A stretch of DNA of 64,000 nt from a virus (taxonomy: Duplodnaviria > Caudoviricetes), in the IMG/VR virus record IMGVR_UViG_3300023108_000002; one strand, given 5' to 3'. Shown piece by piece: positions 1 to 7,590 of this stretch. Both the position numbers and the translations under genes were made by a program. Positions within the stretch are counted from its first letter, which is position 1; each line of letters begins with the position of its first letter. The notes under the pieces were generated by a model, which worked only from the letters and a program-made list of their open reading frames with translations, was not told the DNA's origin and searched no databases.

Positions 1-171
1 GGTTCAAGCACAAATGTAAAAGATACTTGGAGTACTGATGATGATGGAAACATTCGTTTATCGTCATCTAAAGATTTCAAATCTTTAGGTATTCAAGATG
101 CTGATACATTTGCAGCAGTAAACATCAACGGAAGTGTAGTGTTGGTTAAAATAGATATGGTATTGAAATAA
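1..171 (+). CDS. 3' end of a hypothetical protein (partial, starts before the window)
   Basis: Frame open from base 1 (GSSTNVKDTW...KIDMVLK) to TAA at 169-171, directly before the first tRNA. Confidence 0.55.
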   Translation, partial: GSSTNVKDTWSTDDDGNIRLSSSKDFKSLGIQDADTFAAVNINGSVVLVKIDMVLK

Positions 172-247
172 GCCGCTCTAGCTCAGCTGGTAGAGCAACT
201 GATTTGTAATCAGTGGGTCGGGGGTTCGAGTCCCTCGAGCGGCACCA
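172..247 (+). tRNA. tRNA-Thr (UGU)
   Basis: 76 nt; GCCGCTC acceptor pairs with GAGCGGC-ACCA; D arm AGCTCAGCTGGTAGAGC; anticodon arm CTGAT-tt-TGT-aa-ATCAG; T loop GGTTCGAG; encoded CCA. Confidence 0.97.
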
Positions 248-249
248 CC

Positions 250-335
250 GCCTCTGTGGTGAAATAGGTAGACACAAGAGACTTAAAATCTCTCGACCTT
301 AGGTCGTCCCAGTTCGAGTCTGGGTGGAGGCACCA
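250..335 (+). tRNA. tRNA-Leu (UAA)
   Basis: 86 nt with long variable arm; anticodon arm AGAGA-ct-TAA-aa-TCTCT; T loop GTTCGAG; acceptor GCCTCTG/TGGAGGC-ACCA. Confidence 0.95.
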
Positions 336-354
336 ATCAATCTTGGAGATTATT

Positions 355-948
355 ATGCCAAAGTTTAGAGACATTTTTGATGTCTTAGAAGAAAAACCAA
401 AAAAGAAACGCAAACGCCGAACCAAGGCGGAAATGGCAGCTGCCCGTGAAAAAGAAGCGCAGTTGGAAGCAGAAAAGAATTTTGTGGTTCCACAAAATAC
501 AACTGTATATTCTAATAGGCCCATACCAACTAAATCATCCAGGCCTATAAAAAAATATCCACCACCCCCACCAAAACCAAAATTTGATCTTTCTAAAATA
601 GAAGAAGAAATAGTCTTGCCAGGCGGGGCAAAATATGGTATAACTAAAGAAACAAAACATGGTAAACATATGATCTACTACTGTAGTGCTGCAAAAGATT
701 GGAGCATATTATATGATGCAAGATATAATGATGTATCGAAACATTGGAATTTTTATAACAAATTAAAAGTTAGATTAGAGAGTGAAAAAAATGGAAGCAC
801 AAAAAAATCCGTGGCATCTAGAAATAGAACCAGCAAAACTAAAACTTCTGCTAAGCGAAAAAGTACAAAAGGTGGTGTTCGAAAAAGCAGACGGAACGAT
901 TCGGGAGATGATGTGTACAACAAATCCAAATATAGTGCCGTGGCCTGA
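355..948 (+). CDS. hypothetical Lys/Arg-rich protein
   Basis: GGAG RBS before ATG 355; basic N-terminus (KPKKKRKRRTKAEM) and basic C-terminal tail overlapping the next gene. Confidence 0.7.
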   Translation: MPKFRDIFDVLEEKPKKKRKRRTKAEMAAAREKEAQLEAEKNFVVPQNTTVYSNRPIPTKSSRPIKKYPPPPPKPKFDLSKIEEEIVLPGGAKYGITKETKHGKHMIYYCSAAKDWSILYDARYNDVSKHWNFYNKLKVRLESEKNGSTKKSVASRNRTSKTKTSAKRKSTKGGVRKSRRNDSGDDVYNKSKYSAVA

Positions 949-1087
949 TAACCCTACTGAAGCAGAAGGGCGCATTTCCGAAAAAAGAAATAAAGATGAA
1001 AATCTTTTTTCAGTATGGGACGTGGAAAAGGAAGGATGGAGATCCTTTCGATTTGAAAGACTTATTAAATACGGAGATCCAGAATAA
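791..1087 (+). CDS. WYL_2 / SH3-like (former DUF2693-type) small protein
   Basis: Motifs V.FEKADGTIREM.CT and VWDVEKEGWRSFR typical of this T4-like phage family; ATG 791 preferred over GTG 782. Confidence 0.7.
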   Translation: MEAQKNPWHLEIEPAKLKLLLSEKVQKVVFEKADGTIREMMCTTNPNIVPWPDNPTEAEGRISEKRNKDENLFSVWDVEKEGWRSFRFERLIKYGDPE

Positions 1088-1350
1088 TGGGAAAGAAAAA
1101 ACTAAGAGATAAATATACTTCTAAGGGCGAACGTAGAAGTGTTGCTAAGCACAACCGCACACCAATGCCAAAGAATACAATCGGTCGTTTGATTCGTCAG
1201 AGGGATGCCTGGAAAGAGGGCAAGAATGTTGTTATCACTATGGCAAATCCAAATCCAAATGAAACAAACAAAAAATTTATTAGAGTAAATGCTAGAGAAC
1301 TTTGGGGAGATCCAAAGAAACAAAGAGCTTACTCCATGAAAGATGCTTGA
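1087..1350 (+). CDS. hypothetical basic protein
   Basis: 87-aa ORF translationally coupled to neighbours (TAATG and TGATG overlaps). Confidence 0.75.
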   Translation: MGKKKLRDKYTSKGERRSVAKHNRTPMPKNTIGRLIRQRDAWKEGKNVVITMANPNPNETNKKFIRVNARELWGDPKKQRAYSMKDA

Positions 1351-2156
1351 TGGTTGAATTTGACATAAAACCTTTGCATAAGAATAAAGCCTCTTTGTTT
1401 GTCGCAGAGAGGCACTATTCTGCTGTTATGCCTAGATTGACTAAACATTATCTTGGTTTTTTTGTCAAAGAAGAATTGATGGGTGTACTAACATTAGGGT
1501 GGGGCACAAATCCAATGGGAACAATAAAGAAAATGTTTCCAGACTTGACAACAAAAGATTACTTTGAAATTGGCAAGATGTGTATGGACGAGACAATGCC
1601 AAGAAATTCTGAAAGTCAGATGTTATCGCAAACAGTTAAATGGATGAAACAGAATACTCCAGATATCAAATTTTTATACACTTGGGCAGATGGAATTGTG
1701 GGCAAGCCTGGCTATGTTTATCAATCTGCTAACTTCTTGCATGGCGGTTTTATTTGGTCTGATGTTTATGTTTCAGAAACAGGAGAGAAAGTACACTTTA
1801 GAACCATCCAAAGACAAATGAAAAAAGAGATGGGTAGATTTGATACAAAATATGGCCCACGACCAAATGATGAAAAAATGGGTCAGCTAGGGTTTTCTAG
1901 AGTTTGGGGAAAGCAGTTTAGATATATCTATCCATTGACTAAAAAAGATAGAAAGTATATGAATAGATACTCGACTTGTAGTTGGGATAATAATTATCCT
2001 AAAGATAGTGATCTACAATGGAAGATAAAAAAACCAGGCGAAACAGAATATACTATCACTGATACAATGCCTTTTATACATAGTAAAGATGTTAAACACA
2101 ATACTGCAAATATAAGAAGGTATAAATCAGAAATAAGTATTGACGATTTTTTATAA
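1350..2156 (+). CDS. Mom-like (GNAT-fold) DNA modification protein
   Basis: Motifs ERHYS, EIGKMCMDETMPRNSES, LYTWADGIVGKPGYVYQSANF match the Mu Mom-like pattern (HY; PRNSES; ADP..G..G..YQA.NF); start at 1350 overlaps the upstream TGA. Confidence 0.7.
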   Translation: MVEFDIKPLHKNKASLFVAERHYSAVMPRLTKHYLGFFVKEELMGVLTLGWGTNPMGTIKKMFPDLTTKDYFEIGKMCMDETMPRNSESQMLSQTVKWMKQNTPDIKFLYTWADGIVGKPGYVYQSANFLHGGFIWSDVYVSETGEKVHFRTIQRQMKKEMGRFDTKYGPRPNDEKMGQLGFSRVWGKQFRYIYPLTKKDRKYMNRYSTCSWDNNYPKDSDLQWKIKKPGETEYTITDTMPFIHSKDVKHNTANIRRYKSEISIDDFL

Positions 2157-2166
2157 GGAGAATGAT

Positions 2167-2721
2167 ATGGTTGAATTGCCAGAATGGAAATCTTTCTATA
2201 AATTTAGTTATATAGAAACAGAAAATGGAAGTGAGAGTCAAAAGATTGATTATAAGTTTGATTCTTCTGAATTTGCATTACCAGAAGTACTAGCTAAGAT
2301 CGAAGATTTTCTTATTGCGTCTGGATATGATTGGATTCAGAGAGGTACTTTATCTGTAAAAAATAAAAGAAATGATTTGTTTACAAGCACCGAATTAGGA
2401 TCATTACCAGACGATTTGGAATTAGAATTAGCAGATTCATTGAAGAGTGCTCTAGAAGAACTCAAAAGACAGAATAATATTGAGATTGGTGAGAGAATGA
2501 TGGGAATAGACAGAACTGCAAAGGTTGTAAGTATAAATGATGGAAAAGAAATTCCAGAGTTTAATATGGATACATCATTTCAGCATATAACACCAGAAAC
2601 CCTTAATGTTAGATGGGATGAATATGATCAAACTATCACATATGGTGGAATTCCAATTGAAGAAATAGATTTTTCAAAACATGAATATGAAGTAGACGAA
2701 GAAGATAATATTTTACATTAG
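2167..2721 (+). CDS. hypothetical acidic protein
   Basis: AAGGAG RBS at ~2155-2160 before ATG 2167; no recognised motif. Confidence 0.7.
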   Translation: MVELPEWKSFYKFSYIETENGSESQKIDYKFDSSEFALPEVLAKIEDFLIASGYDWIQRGTLSVKNKRNDLFTSTELGSLPDDLELELADSLKSALEELKRQNNIEIGERMMGIDRTAKVVSINDGKEIPEFNMDTSFQHITPETLNVRWDEYDQTITYGGIPIEEIDFSKHEYEVDEEDNILH

Positions 2722-2733
2722 AAAGGATTATAA

Positions 2734-3201
2734 ATGGGATTTAATTTATCAAATAGATCGAAGGCAAAACTAGAAGGAGTGCATCCAGATATGGTTGCAG
2801 TCGTTGAGCGAGCCATAGAGCTCACTAAAGTTGATTTTGGTGTCACTTATGGAGTTAGAACGCTTGAAGAACAGGAGAGACTTGTAGCAAGTGGTCGCTC
2901 ACAGACTATGAAGTCTAAACATCTTATTCAAGACTCTGGTTATTCACATGCGGTGGATGTGGTAGCTTATGATGGTCCTGATGTAGTTTGGGAAATTAAT
3001 GTATATGACGATATTTGTGATGCTTTCAAACAGGCCGCTGAAGAGCTTGGAGTAGCGATCAAGTGGGGTGCTGCTTGGTCAGAAGGCGATATCAGATCTT
3101 ATTCTGGTACTGCTGAAGATGCTATGAATGCATACATAGATCTTCGTCGCAGTCAAGGTCGGAGGCCTTTTATCGATGGGCCACACTTTGAACTTATGTG
3201 A
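2734..3201 (+). CDS. endolysin, peptidase M15 family (L-Ala-D-Glu peptidase-like)
   Basis: LEGVHPD, GVRTLEEQ..L...G.S.T..SKH, HAVD, WG..W, DGPHFEL motifs. Confidence 0.88.
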   Translation: MGFNLSNRSKAKLEGVHPDMVAVVERAIELTKVDFGVTYGVRTLEEQERLVASGRSQTMKSKHLIQDSGYSHAVDVVAYDGPDVVWEINVYDDICDAFKQAAEELGVAIKWGAAWSEGDIRSYSGTAEDAMNAYIDLRRSQGRRPFIDGPHFELM

Positions 3202-3227
3202 TATATTTGCAATACTTTAAAAAAGTG

Positions 3228-3258
3228 TTGACATGTCGTAATAATTGTGGTATAAATA
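3228..3258 (+). promoter_or_regulatory. sigma70-type promoter overlapping a T4 late promoter, upstream of tmRNA
   Basis: TTGACA (3228-3233) -N17- TATAAA; the -10 is also TATAAATA (3251-3258). Confidence 0.75.
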
Positions 3259-3261
3259 AAT

Positions 3262-3590
3262 TCGTAATTGTTGATGCAATTCAAAACACATACTGGACTT
3301 GGGGGCAGTACCCAACGCCTCCACCATAAATGCACTATGTCCTGCTGCATCAGGAAGTTATGCAGAACATAGGTTGCCCACGATGGGACGCCGAAGTTAG
3401 TGCATTTTTGATGGGGGCGAACTAGGATCGACAGGTGAGTAGAGATGAGTGGAGATTACCGTGGTGGCTTACGATATTCGGCCAACTAAACTAAATGCAA
3501 ACGATAATTTTGCACCTTCTGAGTTCGCTCTAGCAGCGTAACCACAGGGGGTTGGCCACTCACCTAGCAACAGAAGAAGTGGCGCTCATA
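3262..3590 (+). ncRNA. ssrA: two-piece (circularly permuted) tmRNA, alphaproteobacterial type; outer ends approximate
   Basis: Acceptor piece ends GACTTGGGGGCAGTACCCAACGCCTCCACCA (CCA at 3324-3326). Intervening segment 3327-3412. Coding piece starts GGGGGCGAACTAGGATCGAC at 3413 (G3:U70 pair). Tag frame 3497-3541 = ANDNFAPSEFALAA-stop. Confidence 0.93.
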
Positions 3591-3609
3591 ATAAAAAGGA
3601 ATAACAAAA

Positions 3610-3963
3610 ATGAGAAGTATTATTTTGTCAGGTGCATTTGCACTTGTATTGGCAAGTTCGGCCGCAGCGATGGAACTTGGAAACGGTCTTTCATGGAACA
3701 ATGAAGTGACAGCAGAAAGAAATTTGGAAACAGAAACAAATAGCTTTACATTTGAAACTGATGTTGCATGGGATTTTGGATTGGGTACTTTAGAAGTCGG
3801 CCCAAATGTATTTGATCTTGAAAATATTGAATGGACTTCAACAGAATACCAAGTAACTATGCCAGTCAAATTTCTTGATGGCGCAGAAGTTTTTACAAAA
3901 ACATCTACCAATAGTGATTGGGAAATTGGTGACGTAACAATCGGCGCATCTTTCACATTCTAA
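3610..3963 (+). CDS. small exported protein, probable outer-membrane beta-barrel/porin-like
   Basis: Signal peptide (MRSIILSGAFALVLASSAAA), alternating beta-strand pattern, C-terminal aromatic signature IGASFTF. Confidence 0.65.
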   Translation: MRSIILSGAFALVLASSAAAMELGNGLSWNNEVTAERNLETETNSFTFETDVAWDFGLGTLEVGPNVFDLENIEWTSTEYQVTMPVKFLDGAEVFTKTSTNSDWEIGDVTIGASFTF

Positions 3964-3974
3964 ATATTTACAGG

Positions 3975-4022
3975 GTTGCTACTTAATAAGCACGCCTCCC
4001 CCCACGGTTAGGGGGAGATTTT
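3975..4022 (+). promoter_or_regulatory. tandem hairpins; the second may be an intrinsic terminator
   Basis: TGCT-acttaata-AGCA, then CTCCCCC-cacggtta-GGGGGAG followed by ATTTT. Confidence 0.45.
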
Positions 4023-4045
4023 ACACACAGACACAGGAGAAAAAA

Positions 4046-4267
4046 ATGTCTAATAAAAATCCTTTTGAAATTCGTTCCGAAATGCTTCAACTTGCCAAAG
4101 ATTATATGGATCAGCAATATCACATGAATCGTGAGTTCGCGGAGAAAATGTATGAAGCAGGTAAAAGCTCTATGGAAGAGTGGCAAAAAGCCAATCAAAT
4201 GTATTCAATGGATGAACTAATGGAAAAAGCAAAAGAAATGTATTCTTTTGTTTCTAAAAAAGACTAG
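4046..4267 (+). CDS. hypothetical 73-aa helical protein
   Basis: Strong RBS AGGAG before ATG; NKNPFEIR.EML..AK motif recalled from T4-like phage small proteins. Confidence 0.8.
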   Translation: MSNKNPFEIRSEMLQLAKDYMDQQYHMNREFAEKMYEAGKSSMEEWQKANQMYSMDELMEKAKEMYSFVSKKD

Positions 4268-4330
4268 CTGAAATGCGGATGTCGGATACAAGTAAATCAT
4301 ATATATTTTAGTGGTTATGAATTTCTAAGA

Positions 4331-4359
4331 TTGAAATATCAATAAACGGAAAATATAAT
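4331..4359 (+). promoter_or_regulatory. sigma70-type promoter
   Basis: TTGAAA (4331-4336) -N17- TATAAT (4354-4359) upstream of the FmdB/phoH genes. Confidence 0.55.
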
Positions 4360-4404
4360 TGAATAAAGCTTGTATCCAACATCTAAAAGTGAATAGAGGT
4401 AATA

Positions 4405-4692
4405 ATGCCATTATATACATTTAGATGTAAAAGTTGTAATCACGAATTTGAACATTCGTGTAAAATATCAGAGAGGGACGAAGCCCTACGTGGTTCTTGT
4501 CCGTCTTGCGTTCACCCCGAAAAATGTACATTAGAACAGATCATTACCAAAGTAAACATTGGTGATCCAACTGGTCGTGCAAAAGTTCCCCTTGAATTTA
4601 AAGAAAAAGTATTAGATAAGGTTGATGCTGTGCCAGGCGCTGCAAAACGTGAATCTAAATTTAATGTAGAGAGATCTGCCTCGGGGTATTAG
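4405..4692 (+). CDS. FmdB-family zinc-ribbon protein
   Basis: MPLYTFRCKSCNHEFE...CPSC signature. Confidence 0.85.
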   Translation: MPLYTFRCKSCNHEFEHSCKISERDEALRGSCPSCVHPEKCTLEQIITKVNIGDPTGRAKVPLEFKEKVLDKVDAVPGAAKRESKFNVERSASGY

Positions 4693-4741
4693 ATATTTAC
4701 AAGCTTACAATTAGTTTTCCCCCAACAATAGGAGTCTGATC

Positions 4742-5461
4742 GTGAGCAGAAGGTCTAAGAAAAATAGAAGTAGTAACAATAGATTAATTGGTTTAGATAG
4801 CAGGAGTACAGATTTAAAAAAAATTTTTCCAATGACACCAGCACAAGATAAAGTATTTTCTTCATTTGAACAAGGAAATCATTTATTCTTACATGGAGTT
4901 GCAGGCACAGGTAAAACTTTCGTTTCATTATATCTTGCATTGAATGAATTGCTTTCTAAAAGATCGATGTATAGAGAAATACAGATAATCAGAAGTGTAG
5001 TTCCAACAAGAGATATGGGATTCTTGCCCGGCACAGAAAAACAGAAAACAGAATCATATGAAGCACCATATAAAACAATTGTAAACGAATTGTTTCAGTG
5101 TGGCACAGCATATGAAAGTTTAAGAAAAACCAATTTAATTAATTTTAGTTCTACATCATTTATTCGTGGCCAAACATTTTACGATAGCATAATAATTGTT
5201 GATGAATGTCAAAATATGAACTTTCATGAACTAGATTCAGTAATTACTAGAATAGGAGATAATTGTTTAATAATATTCTGTGGAGACTTTAGACAGTCTG
5301 ACTTCAGATGGGAAGATGAGAAAAATGGCATCAAAGAATTTATGAAAATTATCAGAAAGATGTCACAGTTTTCATTCATAGAATTTGGCCAAGAGGACAT
5401 TGTAAGGAGCGCACTAGTTAAAGATTACATTATAAATAAACTAGAACTAGGAATTGCGTAA
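4742..5461 (+). CDS. phoH: PhoH-like ATPase
   Basis: Walker A GVAGTGKT, RSVVPTRDMGFLPG, FIRGQTF, IIVDECQN, GDFRQSD. Confidence 0.93.
   Translation: MSRRSKKNRSSNNRLIGLDSRSTDLKKIFPMTPAQDKVFSSFEQGNHLFLHGVAGTGKTFVSLYLALNELLSKRSMYREIQIIRSVVPTRDMGFLPGTEKQKTESYEAPYKTIVNELFQCGTAYESLRKTNLINFSSTSFIRGQTFYDSIIIVDECQNMNFHELDSVITRIGDNCLIIFCGDFRQSDFRWEDEKNGIKEFMKIIRKMSQFSFIEFGQEDIVRSALVKDYIINKLELGIA
5431..5438 (+). promoter_or_regulatory. candidate T4 late promoter
   Basis: TATAAATA inside the phoH 3' end, 23 nt before the next ATG; could be chance in AT-rich DNA. Confidence 0.4.
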
Positions 5462-5785
5462 ATGTCAAATGTAATAGATGCAGCAGAGTATTTCAGTATT
5501 AAGAAAGAACAGGGCCTCCCAACACTGGAGTCGATCAAAGATTATATTGACTATGGAGATGAATCAGATCAAATTTGTCAGCATGTTATGTTGGATTTAA
5601 TCGAAACATTATCTGTAGAATATGAATTTGAAACACAGGATTTGAGGTTCTTAGATGAATTAGCTTTTCTGCATCTAATACTACAAGCAATTGTTGACAG
5701 ACAATTAGATATTGATAATCCATTTATTGAAGAGATGAATGTAGCAATTAGTAATTTGAAAAGGGAACATAAGAAAGAAGTATAA
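5462..5785 (+). CDS. hypothetical acidic protein
   Basis: 107-aa ORF coupled to both neighbours. Confidence 0.7.
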   Translation: MSNVIDAAEYFSIKKEQGLPTLESIKDYIDYGDESDQICQHVMLDLIETLSVEYEFETQDLRFLDELAFLHLILQAIVDRQLDIDNPFIEEMNVAISNLKREHKKEV

Positions 5786-6459
5786 TGTTTAATCATGTTG
5801 ATGTTGACTTACCGATTAATAAGCTTAGTCGAGTAAATGAAAATGGTAAAAGATGGTATCTAACACCAGACGGAAATAAGTATCCATCTATAACAACAGT
5901 CCTTTCGTGGTTTTCTGCGAAAGGACTTATGGAATGGAGAAAAAGAGTTGGTGAAGAGGTTGCCAATAAAATCACTACTCAAGCTGCCCGAAGTGGAACT
6001 AGTGTTCATCAAATGGCAGAAGATCATCTAAACAATTTAGAATGGAAATCAAAAAAGACTATGCCTAATGACATAGAAACTTTTTTGAAAATAAAACCTG
6101 TCTTAGATGAAAGAATTGATAATGTGTATGCACAGGAACATCCATTATATTCAGATCATTTAGGACTGGCTGGGACGGTTGACTGTGTTGCCGAATTTGA
6201 TGGTAAACTATCCATAATTGACTTCAAGACTTCTAGGCAAAGCATGATTGGAGATAAATATGGTAAGTTAGAAAAATATTTTTGTCAGGCTTCTGGTTAC
6301 GCAGTGATGTTTGAGGAGAGATATAAAATGCCCATAAATAATTTAGTCATTATTGCGGCGGTGGCAGACAAAGACGAACCAGAGGTTTTTGTGTCTAAAC
6401 GAGATGTTCATATAAAAGAACTAATAAATATGACAGAAGAATATAAAAATAGGTTTTAG
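5785..6459 (+). CDS. PD-(D/E)XK exonuclease (phage exonuclease, Cas4/MGME1-like fold)
   Basis: YPSITTVL, WRKRVGEE.AN, RGT-like RSGTSVH, AGTVDC...IIDFKTS, Q..GYA.MFEE. Confidence 0.85.
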   Translation: MFNHVDVDLPINKLSRVNENGKRWYLTPDGNKYPSITTVLSWFSAKGLMEWRKRVGEEVANKITTQAARSGTSVHQMAEDHLNNLEWKSKKTMPNDIETFLKIKPVLDERIDNVYAQEHPLYSDHLGLAGTVDCVAEFDGKLSIIDFKTSRQSMIGDKYGKLEKYFCQASGYAVMFEERYKMPINNLVIIAAVADKDEPEVFVSKRDVHIKELINMTEEYKNRF

Positions 6460-6469
6460 GAAAAAATAA

Positions 6470-7261
6470 ATGTCCAGAGTAGTTAGATTGGTTAGCGACA
6501 GAATTCCATTGGGAATTGAGCATCATCTTGGAGTTCTCTATGAGCCCCAATATGAGGATGGGGCCCCTTTTGTTTGGGGGAATTTTTATTTATTTGGTGT
6601 TACCAGATTGGATAAAAACACTGATGATCTTGAGATTGTTCCAGAAAAAACAGTTACTCTTAATTCACAAATTAGAGAAAAGAGAGTGACACTCGCGCCT
6701 GGCCAGACTGTAAAGTTAAAAGTTAATAATTCTTCTGTAGGAATTGCTAGAGTTGCTTTACTCATAAGTGCTAGCACTAGTGATGGGAGTGTGGATATAA
6801 TTTTTGATGATAAAAATAAAACAGTTGTTCATACAAACGAAACTTCATGGATGCAATATATTGATTTAACTCTGACGCCCGTAAAAGATTTTCCTACAGT
6901 TACATATTCCCTTTCGATAGATAGACAAATCGGAGAATGGGGATACAATTTAATTAATTCTACAAGTCCATATCCAAAATTTCCATCATCTCCACAATTA
7001 GTTGCTCAATGGGATACTAAAAAATTTGAAAATGTGAGTTGTACTATAGTTTTTGGACAAAGATTCGGAGAACGTCTGGGACAAACAAAAATTCATATCA
7101 ATTCTATAGAAAGTAAATTTTTGATTTTGCCATATAGATGGAAAAATAGTGGATGTAGCAAAGCAGATATTGTATGTCATTTTGATGTATTGTCTGAAAA
7201 TGGAGATGTTGCTAAATTTAAATGTAAAGAATTAGCAGGTATAGACGGCATAAGTTATTAA
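6470..7261 (+). CDS. hypothetical beta-rich protein
   Basis: 263-aa ORF, no recognised motif. Confidence 0.7.
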   Translation: MSRVVRLVSDRIPLGIEHHLGVLYEPQYEDGAPFVWGNFYLFGVTRLDKNTDDLEIVPEKTVTLNSQIREKRVTLAPGQTVKLKVNNSSVGIARVALLISASTSDGSVDIIFDDKNKTVVHTNETSWMQYIDLTLTPVKDFPTVTYSLSIDRQIGEWGYNLINSTSPYPKFPSSPQLVAQWDTKKFENVSCTIVFGQRFGERLGQTKIHINSIESKFLILPYRWKNSGCSKADIVCHFDVLSENGDVAKFKCKELAGIDGISY

Positions 7262-7322
7262 AGCCGTATATTAATTACTATGTGAATTTGAAAAACAACT
7301 TAAAAACGAAAGGAGGTAATAC

Positions 7323-7553
7323 ATGGATATTATCAACAAAGTAAAAGGTTGGGCTGGCGCACTAGCTGAATTAGGTATTAGTGTCGCCGCGCTTATGATT
7401 GTAGTAGAAGTACTAGGTTTAGGTGCAATCCCATTCTTTCCAGAAGTGAGTGTAGTAAGCAATGTGAGTAATATGCTTGCTGTACTAGGCGCAGAAGGTC
7501 TTATGGGCTTGATTGCGATTTGGGTATTATGGGGAATTTGGAATCGCAAGTGA
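7323..7553 (+). CDS. small membrane protein (2 TM)
   Basis: AAGGAGG RBS; two hydrophobic segments; basic C-terminus WNRK. Confidence 0.8.
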   Translation: MDIINKVKGWAGALAELGISVAALMIVVEVLGLGAIPFFPEVSVVSNVSNMLAVLGAEGLMGLIAIWVLWGIWNRK

Positions 7554-7590
7554 TTCCAGACAATTAACTGATTAACAGAAAGGAGGTCAT

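Noticed and set aside
210-524. Minus-strand 104-aa ORF
   Set aside because: Antisense to two clear tRNAs and the 355-948 gene; a shadow ORF
1302-1349. Longer N-terminus for the Mom-like gene in the ORF track
   Set aside because: Overlaps the upstream gene; ATG 1350 coupled to the upstream TGA is more plausible
3153-3350. Minus-strand 65-aa ORF
   Set aside because: Overlaps the endolysin end, the promoter and the tmRNA acceptor piece on the opposite strand
5785-6459. Cas4-like nuclease as evidence of a CRISPR system
   Set aside because: Ordinary T4-like phage exonuclease in its usual context; no array or other cas genes
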